Source of the DNA: Phycisphaerae bacterium
Lineage (GTDB): Bacteria > Planctomycetota > Phycisphaerae > UBA1845 > Fen-1342
Reading direction: 5' to 3'
DNA: 64,000 nucleotides
Assembly (NCBI GenBank): GCA_963675745.2
Contig: CAXXWX010000010.1
Coordinates: 64,001-128,000, forward strand
Part shown: piece by piece, positions 21,307-32,657 of the stretch
Layout of the letters: each line of letters starts with the position of its first letter
Numbering within the stretch: the stretch's first letter is position 1
Translations under genes and position numbers: made by a program
The notes under the pieces: model-generated
The model's database searches: none
What the model was told of the DNA's origin: nothing
What the model saw: the letters and a program-made list of their open reading frames with translations, nothing else

Positions 21307-24300
21307 ATGAGTACAGGCGGTAGTTACGACCCCACAGGTGTGGAAGCGGAAATGTACGGACTCTGGGAGGCCGGCGATTACTTCCACGCCGAACCCGACG
21401 AGACCAGAGAGCCCTACTCGATCGTGATTCCGCCGCCCAACGTAACCGGTGCGCTGCACCTGGGCCACGCGCTCAACAACACGCTCCAGGACGTGCTGAT
21501 CCGCCGCGCGCGGATGCGCGGCTTCAACACCTGCTGGCTGCCCGGGACCGACCACGCCGGCATCGCGACGCAGGCGGTGGTTGAGAAGCGGCTGAAGGAA
21601 GAGGAGAACCAGACGCGGCACGAGATCGGCCGCGAGGCGCTGGTCCAGCGCATCTGGGACTGGAAGGACGATTACAACGCGCGGATCATCAACCAATTGC
21701 GCAAGATGGGCTGCTCGTGCGATTGGCAGCGGACGCGCTTTACGCTCGACGAGGTCTGTGCGAAGGCCGTCTACGAGACGTTCTTCCGCTTCTTCAAGGA
21801 CGGGCTGATCTTCCGCGGCTTGCGATTGGTGAACTGGGACGCGCATTTGCAGACCGCCGTCGCGGACGACGAGATCGTACACGAGACGGTCAAGGGCAGC
21901 CTGTGGCACTATCGTTATCCGATTCTGGAAGGGCACGCGGCGGCCGAAGAACATGCCGACGCGAACAGCCGTCGGCATGGCACCCATGACGTGGCGGCCG
22001 ATGCCCGTGGATTGTCGGACGACGATGCGAAGGCTGCCATCGCCCGGGCGACAAAGCCCGATGCCCAGCTCGGCGTCGATTACCTCAGCGTCGCCACCAC
22101 GCGCCCTGAGACCATGCTCGGCGATACGGCGTTGGCGGTACACCCGGACGACGAGCGCTACAAGCACCTGATCGGCGGGCGGGTCATGCTGCCGCTCCAG
22201 AACCGGACGATACCGGTCATCGCCGACGGCTTGCTGGTCAAGCAGGAGTTCGGCACCGGCTGCGTAAAGGTCACGCCGGCCCACGACCCGAACGACTACG
22301 CCTGCGGCCAGCGCCAGGGTCTGGAGATGATCAACATCCTCACGCCCGAGGGCCTGATCAACGACAACGGCGGGGCGTACGAAGGCATGGACCGCTACGA
22401 CGCGCGTAAGAAAGTCGTCGCCGATCTCGAAGCGCTGGGCCTGCTGGAGCAGACCGAGCCCTACGAGACCGAGATCGGCCATTCCGACCGCAGTAAAACG
22501 CCGATCGAGCCGATGCTGAGCGAGCAGTGGTTTGTGAAGATGGACGAGCTGGCGGAGCCGGCGTTGGAAGCCGTCCGCGACGGCCGCGTGCGGTTCTTCC
22601 CCGAGCGCTACGCAAAGACCTATCTCGACTGGCTAGGCGAAAAACGCGACTGGTGCATCAGCCGGCAACTCTGGTGGGGGCACCGGATTCCAGTTTGGAC
22701 CGTGCCCGCGGCTGTCGCCGGTGTGTTTGACGAAGGCCGGGATCAGCGCAAGCGGTCGACGATTGACGAACTGGGGGCCGCGTTGCGGGAGTACTTCGCG
22801 GCGGCAGGGGTGACAGAGGACTCGTACGTCGTGGAGCAACCCAACGAGTTCACTTTTCGCGTCTGCGGTGGCTCGAATCGAGCCCGGCGCGCGCTCGCTG
22901 CACTTGAGGAGTTTTATGAGGGCTTCAGATTGGAGAAGGTCGAGCGAGGTCAGGCACCGAAGACCGCTCCTAAGTTCGTTGATGGCTTTCGCGAGGCGAC
23001 GCCGGCAGCGCATCGGATACTGACGAAGAGCTACTTCGTTCGCCAAGACCCCGACGTCCTCGACACCTGGTTCAGCTCCGCCCTCTGGCCACACAGCACG
23101 TTCGGGTGGCCGGGAGAAGAAGAGGGATTAAGGGAATCAGGGAGTAAGGGACTAAGGGAATCAGGGACTAAGGGATTAAGGGAGGGTGACGCCAGCGCAC
23201 CCTCAATCCCTCAATCCCTCAATCCCTCAATCCCCACTCTCAACTACTTCTACCCAACCAACGTCCTCTGCACCGCCCGCGACATCATCTCGCTCTGGGT
23301 CGCGCGCATGGTCATGACCGGGCTGTACAACGTCGGGAGCGTGCCGTTCCCGCACGTCTACATCCACCCCGTTATCCAGGACGGCCAGGGACGACGGATG
23401 AGCAAGTCGCTCGGCAACGGCGTCGATCCGCTCGAACTGATTGAGATGTACGGCACCGACGCCATGCGCTTCACCCTTGCCCAACTTGCCGGCGAGACAC
23501 AGGACATCCGCATCCCGGTCAAACAGCTCAAGCTCGACGACGGGCGCATGATCAACACGTCAGAGCGTTTCGAGCTGGGCCGCAACTTCTGCAATAAGCT
23601 CTGGCAGGCCGCCACCGGCTTTGTCATGGGCAACCTGAGCGGCTACGCGCCCAAGCCGCTGACGCCGGCGGATCTGACGCTCGAAGACCGCTGGATTCTC
23701 TCGCGGCTGACGGCGTGCATTGAAGAGGTCGATCGGCGGCTTGAACAATACCAGTTCAGTGACGCCTGCAACGCGCTTTACGCGTTCTTCTGGAGCGACT
23801 TCTGCGACTGGTACGTCGAGCTCGCCAAGCCGCGCCTGTTCGAACGCGACGAGCAGGGCGAGTTCATCACGCGCTCGGATGAGTCGGCCCAGGTGGCGCG
23901 GCAGGTGCTGGTGTGGGTGCTCGACCAGACGCTGCGTTTGCTGCACCCGGTCGTGCCGTTTATCACCGAGAAGCTCTGGCACATGCTCAACGAGGCCGCT
24001 CCGGTGCGTGGCTTGACGCAAGTTGGCGAGCACGGGCCGGCGCTGATCGTGGCGGCGTGGCCGGATGCTGCCGCCTGGCCGCGCGATGAGCAAGCCGAGA
24101 CCGACATCGAGGCGCTGCGCGACGTGATCCGCGCGCTGCGCGACACGCGCAACCGCGTGAACGGCATTCGCGCCGCCGCCCGGCAGACGGTGCTCAAGTC
24201 GCTGCCGAAGGGCGTCATCAAGGCGAAGATGGCGATCGCCGAGGCGCTGCGCGAGTCCAGCGCGATGATCTGCCGGCTGGGCCAGTGTGATGAGGTCGAA

Positions 24301-24592
24301 ATCGGCCCCGATGCGACCAAGCCGCCGGACGCCGCCACGCAGGTCTTTCACGGCATCGAGGTCTACGTATCACTGACCGGCCTGGCGGACTTGGCCATCG
24401 AGCGCAAGCGGCTGGGCAAGGAGCGCGACGAGACCGCCACACAGATCCAGCGACTGGATGGCAAACTCGCCAACGAGGGCTTTGTTTCTAAGGCGCCGCC
24501 GGAGGTGGTCGAGAAGGAACGCGAGCGTCCTGGCCAAGCTGCTGGAGAAGCTGGCGGCGGTTGATCGGAACCTGGCGGAGATCAGCGAGTGA
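21307..24592 (+). CDS. valS: Valine--tRNA ligase (apparent 1-nt insertion at ~24530)
   Basis: PPPNVTG.LHLGH, DHAGIATQ, DWCISRQLWWGHRIP, DVLDTWFSS, RMSKS. The coiled coil continues in a shifted frame as LAKLLEKLAAVDRNLAEISE*. Confidence 0.96.
23123..23235. repeat. Inverted octamer tandem arrays inside valS
   Basis: Seven AGGGANTN units, a spacer, then four CCCTCAAT units. Confidence 0.9.
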
Positions 24593-24619
24593 CACGAGCC
24601 CGATATCGAACAAACCGTC

Positions 24620-24689
24620 GTGTGCCACGGCTCTGTGAGCCGTGCTGTGCCACGACGGGAGAAGCACTGCCCACAGAGCAGTGGCACAC
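24620..24689. repeat. REP doublet, GTGTGCCAC family
   Basis: gtgtgccacggctctgtgagccgtg and inverted gcactgcccacagagcagtggcacac. Confidence 0.75.
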
Positions 24690-24738
24690 GTCACGCTGTG
24701 GGACCGACCTCCGGTCGGTCGCGTTCCGACAGTCATTT

Positions 24739-26818
24739 ATGCTCAGACAGGCCGGAGGCCTGTCATCCATGCTGTTGATCGGCGTCCTCTGTGTTGTAAC
24801 CGCGGCGGCGGACGAACCCCAGTCGATCGAAACACTGCTCCGCGGTGTCGGAATCGAACCGCGCGACGTCGCGATCAACAACAACGACCTGACGCTGATG
24901 GTCGGGGCCCGGCCGCGGACACCGTTGGCGCAGATGCTGATGACCGAGCCGCTGCGCGCCGATGCGCTGGGACAGGCCATCGGCGACCTGCTGGTTGACG
25001 CCGCCGCCAACAAGCCGGTCAATGTCCTGTCGACGCTGTCGCGTTTTCAACGGTCGCACATTGCGGCGTGGGCTCGTAGGCGATCCGACATCTGGCTATC
25101 TCGCCAGCGCCCGGCAGCCCGATGCTCTGCTGGACGTGTTGCGGCAGTGTGGCGGGCGGCGCATTTCCACCAGCGCCCTCGCGGACGTGCCGGAGTCGGT
25201 GCAGCAGGCGGCGACCATGTTGCTGCTCGCGGCCCCTCGACGCGGAGCCGTGGATCGAGCGGGCGCAGCGCGCCGCCGGCGACGACCGCTGGTGGTCCCG
25301 CGTGGAGCGCGAGCTGCGCAAACCCCTGCCCGATGCGAAATCCGATGAGCGCGAAGAGACGCCCGACGATGAGTATCAACTCGAATACAAACTGGCGCTC
25401 GAGAAGTTTCCGGCCCAGTGGATGATGGTCGCCGGGCAAGACATGTTGCTGACACTGATCGCCGCGCGCGAGTTGCTGCTCATCGACGAGCAGCTCGCCG
25501 CGGCCACGTTTGACCTGCGCGTGAACACGCGGCTTGGCTGGGTTGCGCTCACGGGCAGCCAGGATGACGAGCACGACTATCGTGGCCCGGTGGCACTGAT
25601 CATCGATATCGGCGGCGACGATACGTACACCCAGGCCGGCGGCAACGCGGACCGCAAGCACGCGGTCAGCGTCGCGCTCGACTGGGCGGGAAATGATCTA
25701 TACCAGGCGCTGCCGGACGAGTTCGCCAGCTTCGGGGCCGGGGCGCTCGGCGTCGGTATTCTCTGGGACGAGGCCGGCGACGATATCTATGACGCCGACC
25801 GACGCACGCAGGGTTGTGGCGTGTTCGGCGTGGGTGTGCTTGTCGACCGCGCGGGCCGCGACACCTATCGCGCGATCAGCGATGCGCAGGGTTCAGCGAC
25901 GGGCGGGTTACGGCGTGCTGGTCGACATGGTCGGCGACGACTGCTACGAGTCCCTACATTGCCTCGCAGGCGTTCGCCCGCGCCAAACGCCGCCGCCACA
26001 CTTATCGATCTGGCCGGCAACGACGAATACGTGGCGAACGACAGCGAGATCCGCTTTCCGTCGTCGCAGAACGCCGAGCACAACACCTCGATGTGCCAGG
26101 GGGCCGGCCACTGGTGAGCGGGCCGACTATCTCGACGGAGTGAGTATCAACGGCGGCGTGGCCGTGCTGCTTGATGCTCAAGGTGATGACAAGTACACGT
26201 GCGGCCTGTTTGGCCAGGGCGTGGGCTATTGGCTCGGCACCGGCATGCTTATCGACCTGGCCGGCCGCGATCGCTATCTCGGGCACTGGTACGTGCAGGG
26301 GGCCTCGGCGCACTTCGCGGTCGGCATGCTTTGCGATCGCGACGGCGACGATCGCTACACCGCCAACCAGAACATGTCACAAGGCGCCGGCCACGGACGT
26401 CGGCATTGGGATCCTGATCGACGACGCCGGTGGACGATGTCTACGAGGGTTCGACGCTCGGCCTGGGGCGCGTCGAACGCGGCGGGCATCGGAATCTGCA
26501 TCGACAAGGCCGGCGACGATCAATACCACACGCCGCCAAGCATCTGCCTCGGCTGGGTGAACCCGAACACGGCGTACCGGGGGCTGTTTCGATCGTACGG
26601 CCTGTTCTTCGATCTCGGGCGGCACCGACACGTACGCGGGACGCGATGACGGCGCCGGGCGTGAAGGACCGAAAGCGTCCAGCATCTGGTCCTCGCCGGC
26701 GAACACCGGCACGGCCGGGCGTTACATCTACGGCTTCGGCTTTGACGCGCCGTTGGCTGGCGCGGCCGCGGCCGGGCTTCCGACAGACCAGCCGGCCAGG
26801 CGTGTCGCGGAGCCGTAG
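24739..26818 (+). pseudogene. Secreted protein with G.G.L.D..G.D.Y repeats, ~10 frameshifts (pseudogene or assembly error)
   Basis: Repeats such as IIDIGGDDTY, LWDEAGDDIY and LLDAQGDDKY can be followed across all three frames to the TAG at 26818. Confidence 0.7.
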
Positions 26819-27000
26819 TCGGTGACATGCAAGGACGAGGGCCCGGCCCGGATCAGCCCCGGCGGCCGGGCAGACGTCCGGAAACTCTGCGGCGACCGGC
26901 GCTTGAGCTTACTCGCGTGGGCACGCCAGATTACGGGACGGCTGATCACGCCGCGCAGGCTTGTCTGAGGGCTTTCGCGATCGATTTGGATGTGCTAACA

Positions 27001-28647
27001 TTAGGAATTGCTCGCCGCCGGCGGCGCGCGGGCGGAATCGCCACGGGCGTGGCCCAGTCTGGTAGAGCGCTGCGTTCGGGACGCAGAGGTCGTAGGTTCA
27101 AATCCTATCGCCCCGATTCGACAACCCCCTGCATAGCGGCAGTAATCCGCGCATGTTTTCAGCCCGCCACGGGATTCTCCGGTCGGGAGGCGATTCCTCG
27201 CGCTACTGCCGACTCCTCCGTCCCGCAATTTGGCCCGATCCTGTCCCAGGTTCAGCGTCGGCAACGGGCCGCGCGGCGAACCATCAGCCGACGCAGCATC
27301 CTGGTTTTTGGCAGATCTCCGGCGAGACGATTCCCGCCCTGCGCCGCGACGTTCTGAGCGAGATCCTGCGCAGAGGCGCGCAACGCCTGTTGGCGCAAGC
27401 GATGGACGCCGAGGTGAGTCAGTGGATTGACGCCGCCGCCGGTTCAGGTCGACCGTTCGCCCGCCCATTCCCTCAGCCAGCACACCTTCGAGGACCCGCA
27501 GGAAATCCTCAATGTCCTTGAGGTCAATCGTCAAACTCGGATCGATACGCAGCACTTTGACATCGGGACGCCGCCCGACGATGAAGCCACGCCGTACGAG
27601 TTCGCGATGCACCCGCATCGTAAACGAGTTTTCCGCATCATCGTCCATTTCCAGCGCGACCATCAGTCCCCGCGAACGAATGTCCTTGATCCGGCTTGTG
27701 CGATCCCTGATCTTCTTCAACCCGGTCATGAGGACATGCGCAATCTCCTTGCCTCGCTCGATCAGCCGTTCTTCCGTGATGACCCGAATGACCTCCCGCA
27801 CAACGGCCGCCCCCAGCGGATCATTCTGGTGAGACTGGGCGTATTTCACCCGCTCGCCCTTCAGCCGGCGTATGACGGTGTGCGAGAGCGCCGCCACACT
27901 CACGGGGTAACCATTGCCGATGCCCTTGCCCATGGCAACGATATCCGGCGCAAACCCATAGTGCTGAAAGCCGAACCAACACCCAGTTCGGCCGACACCA
28001 GTCGTCACCTCGTTTACTAGAACAAGCCCATCGCTTTCCTTGACAACACGAACGATGTTCCGAATCAGCTTCTCCGACGGAAAACGAACCAAACCGGATG
28101 AACTGCCGGGTTCGAGAAGAAAACCCCCGATCTTGTCAAATGGGATCGTCGCCCATCTGTCGCAGTGCCCGCCGCAGTCACCGGCGTGCGGGCACGCGGC
28201 GCATGCCTGCCAGTCGAAACGGAACCACTCGTCGTCCTCGCCCTTACTCGCAGAACCGTAGGCCCCGAAGTAGGAATCCGTCATCGTCATCAGCAATGGT
28301 CGATAAATGACCATCTGCGCGACCCGCACGCCATACTCGACGGCTTCGCTGCCCGAACACAGGAAGACACATTTGCCGTCCTCGAATCCGACCAGGGACA
28401 GAATCTCCCGCGCTGCCTGCTCCACCACGCCGCTCGAGTAACAGAAGCCCGTGTGACCGATCCGCGCGGCCTGTTCCGCAATCGCGCGAAGCACGTTTGG
28501 ATTCCCTTGACCGATCGGCGTACACCACACGCCCGATTCAAGATCGACGTACCGCTTGCCTTGGGCATCATAGAGAGAGCAGTTTTCTGCACGGACCAAG
28601 TCCGTCAGAAGCAACTCGTGCCCAGGATACCATACGATGTGCGTCAT
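27001..28647 (-). CDS. Class-III PLP aminotransferase (ArgD-like); native stop apparently lost near 27460
   Basis: GKRYVD, SGSEAVE, NEVTTGVGRTG, PDIVAMGKGIGNG; GGAGG RBS. Confidence 0.85.
   Translation of the reverse strand: MTHIVWYPGHELLLTDLVRAENCSLYDAQGKRYVDLESGVWCTPIGQGNPNVLRAIAEQAARIGHTGFCYSSGVVEQAAREILSLVGFEDGKCVFLCSGSEAVEYGVRVAQMVIYRPLLMTMTDSYFGAYGSASKGEDDEWFRFDWQACAACPHAGDCGGHCDRWATIPFDKIGGFLLEPGSSSGLVRFPSEKLIRNIVRVVKESDGLVLVNEVTTGVGRTGCWFGFQHYGFAPDIVAMGKGIGNGYPVSVAALSHTVIRRLKGERVKYAQSHQNDPLGAAVVREVIRVITEERLIERGKEIAHVLMTGLKKIRDRTSRIKDIRSRGLMVALEMDDDAENSFTMRVHRELVRRGFIVGRRPDVKVLRIDPSLTIDLKDIEDFLRVLEGVLAEGMGGRTVDLNRRRRQSTDSPRRPSLAPTGVARLCAGSRSERRGAGRESSRRRSAKNQDAASADGSPRGPLPTLNLGQDRAKLRDGGVGSSARNRLPTGESRGGLKTCADYCRYAGGCRIGAIGFEPTTSASRTQRSTRLGHARGDSARAPPAASNS
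27044..27116 (+). tRNA. tRNA-Pro(CGG)
   Basis: Anticodon arm ctgcg-ttCGGga-cgcag, T-loop ggttcaaatcc, 3' cgccccga. The 5' strand cgggcg lacks one G; CCA is not encoded. Confidence 0.92.
27348..27434 (+). mobile_element. IS256-family transposase N-terminal remnant
   Basis: DVLSEILRRGAQRLLAQAMDAEVSQWID. Confidence 0.7.
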
Positions 28648-29568
28648 CCGTTCCTCCATGACGGTTCGGGAGCGCGGCGTTAGTGCTGCCATCACGGGTT
28701 ATGTGCCCGAGTTGGCGGCATCTCGGGATACAGCCGAACGTTCCGGCGTCGTTCAGTTCTTTATGAAGGGGATCGCCGTCGCGGATTGCCCAACTCCATT
28801 CACCGGAGCAAGTTACCCGACACAAAGCAGGGTATCGTGCTTCGCGTTCCACATCAAGCACGTTCTCCGTTGGCGTGCGTGAGCAGGCGCCGGGCCTCGG
28901 GGCAAGTTTCGTCTTGCATGGGGGCGTTGGAGGCGGCCGACATCGTCAAGAAGAACATGCCACGCGGACCGAGGTTCGGTTCCTGACGACGCGACGGAGC
29001 AGCGTGGGATTTTCTGCTCGTACGCTGTAGGCCGGCGCTGCTGGCAACGTATCCGCAAGCAACGACTCGATCGGGCTCGGTGAACTCACCGGGCCCCTCT
29101 ATGTCCCCATGCGCGGGACGTGTGCCCAACTCGACTTGGGCGTCGCCCATTTGGAGGATCTGAAACGCGCCTCGGTCTTGCACCGCTATCCGCATAGAAG
29201 GTCGAGCGATCGGCTGCTGCGGATCTGGATGACGTTGCTACGCGGAGGAATCGAGAATGCACTCTCTTGATGACGCGTTCTTCTCAACCGATCGCGCACC
29301 CCGTTTGCTCGTCATGCCGCACTTTGGTGGGGGGCTTGACGTTGGACCGCGATTGGCGGGTTCCCACCGACCAACGATGGCGCTCAATCACTGGCACAGG
29401 TACTCCAGAACAACGCCTGGGGGCAAAAGAGGGAGGGGCTTGAGGTGCGACTTTGCGATCAGGATGAGCAGCTGCTTGCGACCTTGTCGGTCGACGGCGG
29501 GCGATGGACACGTGAGGATCCCTGCGGCGGGATGCCTCCTGTCGGTCGCGGCACACGCTAACTCACTG

Positions 29569-29656
29569 TCATGCAGCAAGTAATGCCTCGACGACTCGCG
29601 GCGATAGGTGACTCGCCGCCTTCGCAAAAAGTTCTAACCGTGTCCAGTCACTTCGA
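29569..29656 (-). repeat. att-like segment copy 1, encoding RSDWTRLELFAKAASHLSPRVVEALLAA*
   Basis: Gap-free homolog of 34969-35056; the last 33 bp match 31/33. Confidence 0.85.
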
Positions 29657-29660
29657 GTTC

Positions 29661-29867
29661 TTAAGTCCTTTTTGGGGAACAGCTTACAGAAGCCTCGCCT
29701 GGGGCCGAATGAGCGGAAACGCCCCCATACGCAAGTCGTACGCAAGTCGCTGCGCCGGAGCCTCCCAGAATCGCCTCGTATCTCGACGCCGCCGCGCGGT
29801 CGTTTGCGTCGGCGGACTGGAGATAGAACTCACGTGTGGTCGTGATGGACGCGTGGCGACCACCCAC
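29661..29867 (-). pseudogene. Tyrosine integrase C-terminal remnant
   Basis: HASITTTREFYLQ resembles the His/Tyr catalytic box; perfect tandem tacgcaagtcg x2 at 29728-29749 resembles an arm site. Confidence 0.65.
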
Positions 29868-29875
29868 GACTCATC

Positions 29876-30178
29876 GTGGTCGTAGAGATGTCGCCGATCG
29901 TCCCCGAGGACCGTCGTCGCGAGTTCGCCGAAGCTGTCGTGCGTGCCAACTACACGTTGATGTTGGGCCGGTTTGATCTGGACCTGCGCGACGGGGAGAT
30001 GGAGTTCCACAACTGCATGCCCGTGGCCGGCGGTGAGATCACAACTGAGCAGTTTGGAGACTTGCTGTACAGCTCGATCGTGACCGCGGATCGTTACGCC
30101 CGGGCGTTCAATCGCCTACTGTACGGCGATGACCTGTCGCCGGCGGAAGTGATCGCCGAGGCGGGAATGGCCGCATGA
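29876..30178 (+). pseudogene. YbjN-like protein, 5'-truncated
   Basis: VPEDRR..FAE..VRANY....G.F.LD.RDGE pattern. Confidence 0.65.
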
Positions 30179-30301
30179 CTCAGCGCGGCATCCGTGTGAC
30201 CGAGCCGTCGGACGAGTTCGAATCCCTCGGACTGCAGCGAGTCCGCGACCTGGGAGAAGAGACCCCCGCAGTTTACTGAAAGGGCCGACGGGGAGGGTGT
30301 T

Positions 30302-31348
30302 ATGAACCGCACGATTGTCATCGGTGACATTCGCGCATGTCACGACGAGCTTCAGGATCTCCTGCAGCGTGTCGGCCCGACAGTGGACGACCGCATCATT
30401 GCGATTGGTGACGTGGTCGACCGTGGACCGGACAATCGCGGTGTGCTCGAGTTCATTCGCGATATGCCCAATGCAATATCGCTGATGGGTAGTCACGAGC
30501 GCAAGCATCTACGGTCCGCGCGGGGCGAAGTCGAGCCCGCCATCGCGCAGCGGATCACCCGGCACGAACTCGGCGACGCCTACCAGGAGTGGCTGGCGCT
30601 CATGGCGACATTCCCTGTCCACATTGAGCTCGCTGAAGCGCTGCTCGTCCATGGCTTCTTCGAGCCCGGTCTACCGCTGAAACTGCAGCGCGAAAACGTG
30701 CTGGTGGGTACAATGTCCGGCGAGGGACATCTGCGCCGCACGTACGCACAGCCTTGGTACGAGCTGTACGACGGGGATCGACCGCTCGTGGTCGGACATC
30801 ATGACTATCTTCGCACCGGCGAGCCGCTGATCCACAACGATCGCGTGTTCTGCATCGACACCGGAGCTTGTCGCGGCGGTCGCTTGACTGCGCTCGTGCT
30901 GCCGGAGTTCCGCATCGTGCAGGTGAATGCCCGGCGTGACCATTGGGCGCGCGTGAAAGGCGACCACGTCGTCGCGCAGCGCGCTGTTGCGTCGCACAAC
31001 AAAGGGAGGTATCGGCATGGCACAGCAACTACACGAGCTCCTACCGGGACTGGAAGTCGTCGCCACGGAGTCGGTTGGACCACTGCAGGTCTTCGGCCTG
31101 CGCGGGCGGCCAGCGTCGCGATTGAATTACTTGACGCTGGACGAGGCACTGACCACCAAGCACTTCCGCGTGGACGAAATCAGCGAATCCGGCAGCGTGC
31201 CGCAGCTCAAGCTGCAGAACGACGTGGATCAACGGGTGTTCGTTATGGCCGGCGAGCAACTCATTGGCGCCAAGCAGAATCGCGTCCTGAATGCGAGCCT
31301 GCTGGTCGAACGCAAGACGCAGATGCTGGCGCCGGTGAGCTGCGTTGA
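30302..31348 (+). CDS. PPP-family metallophosphoesterase with degenerate motifs; reads through into the next gene
   Basis: IGDIRAC, GDVVDRG, MGSHE, VHG, VVGH, IDTGAC.GG.LTA; homology ends near 30960. Confidence 0.8.
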   Translation: MNRTIVIGDIRACHDELQDLLQRVGPTVDDRIIAIGDVVDRGPDNRGVLEFIRDMPNAISLMGSHERKHLRSARGEVEPAIAQRITRHELGDAYQEWLALMATFPVHIELAEALLVHGFFEPGLPLKLQRENVLVGTMSGEGHLRRTYAQPWYELYDGDRPLVVGHHDYLRTGEPLIHNDRVFCIDTGACRGGRLTALVLPEFRIVQVNARRDHWARVKGDHVVAQRAVASHNKGRYRHGTATTRAPTGTGSRRHGVGWTTAGLRPARAASVAIELLDAGRGTDHQALPRGRNQRIRQRAAAQAAERRGSTGVRYGRRATHWRQAESRPECEPAGRTQDADAGAGELR

Positions 31349-32657
31349 GCGGGGCCGCTGGTCGTATCGCAGCCGCTCGTTTGGCTCGAAGGGCTCGTCC
31401 TCGCATGGCTATCTGCGGCGGAAGATGTCCAAGGACAGCTACGAGGGCTATCGCAAACACTCGTACCCCAGGAGCAAGCAAGGCGAGGTCTGGGCTGAGG
31501 TGGATCGCAAGATGTTCGCGATGCAGAGTGCGTCCCCTTCGGACGCGCTCGATCAGGTCTATGACGACTATGCCGGCCAGCTTGATGACCTGCTCAGCCA
31601 AGTCAACGTGCCGGACGACTGCCGCGGCGTGGTGTTCGCGTTCGCGGGACAGATCGCCGGCGCAGACGTGTTCGACCAGCCGGCGACCCTCAGCAAGCTG
31701 CTGCCGAAGCTGCTGCGCGCCTACGCCCTGGACGCGCTCGAGGCGAACTCGGACCAGCAGGTTGAAGCCGATGTCGTGACCGCCTGGCTGGGCCAGGCGC
31801 GGGATGCGCAACTCGAACGCTTCGACTCGCCGGGACTCGGCCACGACTACCGGCTGGAGACGCCGCAGCTGGTCGGGGCGGCCCTGGCCTTCGAGAACCA
31901 GGCCCTGCACATCGAGCTGTTCCCGAGTGACGATGGGCCCGGCCGAGGGAGTCGCCGGCCGCAGCCGTCGCCCGCTCCTGCGCCCCGCGCATCGACGCCG
32001 GAAGGCAGCGGTTCCGGCGCCGTAGCGCTCAGTGCAGCCATCAACGAGGCGCACGTGGTGGCGTTCGCGACCTCCGAAGCCACGTTGGCTGCGTTGAGCG
32101 AAGCGGTCCGCGCTTTAAGGCCCGGCATGCGCGCCGGGGCCGGACTGCAGGTGGCGCGGAGCGGTTTGCTGATTCGCGTGGACCGCAGTGAGCACGACCG
32201 CTTCGACGCGACAAACCCGGCGCTGAACCATGCCGCGGAGGCGGCGCTAGTGTACGCCGCGACGCAACGCGCACCCCAGGCCCGGCATCGGCTCGTGGTG
32301 ACGGGCTGCGGCTTGGCGGACAATTGGTTCTCGCACTGGCACGCTGAGGCACGCACGACAGTCGTATCGCTCTTCGATTGGCACCGTGTGGCCGCCGTAC
32401 CGCCCGCCGCCTTCGTCGCGTGCGAACTGCTTGTGCATGGCCTGCAGGCCGCCTCGGACGACTATGACCCTGAGCGGCTGTTCCACCGGTCGACGCGCAA
32501 TTGTCTGTTTGACTTCTGCGCGAACAAGCCGGACATCGAGGCAAAGCTGACGACCGGGCGCATGTGTGACGAGTGCCGGCGCGCGCTCCGGCAACACGAG
32601 GTGGTGGAGCGAACATTGATGCAAGTGCTGCCCATCATCGCTCGTTTGTGCCAGTAG
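31017..32657 (+). CDS. ARPP-1 (DUF6569-like) protein fused to a Cys/His-rich C-terminal domain
   Basis: GGGAGGT RBS; LTLDEAL, GSVPQL, GEQLIGAKQNRVLN, PVSCVERGRW, QGEVW. Confidence 0.8.
   Translation: MAQQLHELLPGLEVVATESVGPLQVFGLRGRPASRLNYLTLDEALTTKHFRVDEISESGSVPQLKLQNDVDQRVFVMAGEQLIGAKQNRVLNASLLVERKTQMLAPVSCVERGRWSYRSRSFGSKGSSSHGYLRRKMSKDSYEGYRKHSYPRSKQGEVWAEVDRKMFAMQSASPSDALDQVYDDYAGQLDDLLSQVNVPDDCRGVVFAFAGQIAGADVFDQPATLSKLLPKLLRAYALDALEANSDQQVEADVVTAWLGQARDAQLERFDSPGLGHDYRLETPQLVGAALAFENQALHIELFPSDDGPGRGSRRPQPSPAPAPRASTPEGSGSGAVALSAAINEAHVVAFATSEATLAALSEAVRALRPGMRAGAGLQVARSGLLIRVDRSEHDRFDATNPALNHAAEAALVYAATQRAPQARHRLVVTGCGLADNWFSHWHAEARTTVVSLFDWHRVAAVPPAAFVACELLVHGLQAASDDYDPERLFHRSTRNCLFDFCANKPDIEAKLTTGRMCDECRRALRQHEVVERTLMQVLPIIARLCQ

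Noticed and set aside
22700..23040. Intein in valS
   Set aside because: No Cys/Ser start, His-Asn end or endonuclease motif.
24520..24540. Programmed frameshift in valS
   Set aside because: No slippery site, and it borders an indel-dense stretch, so error is more likely.
28700..29560. Short ORFs in the island interior (also 32695-33100)
   Set aside because: No convincing family signal; probably debris.
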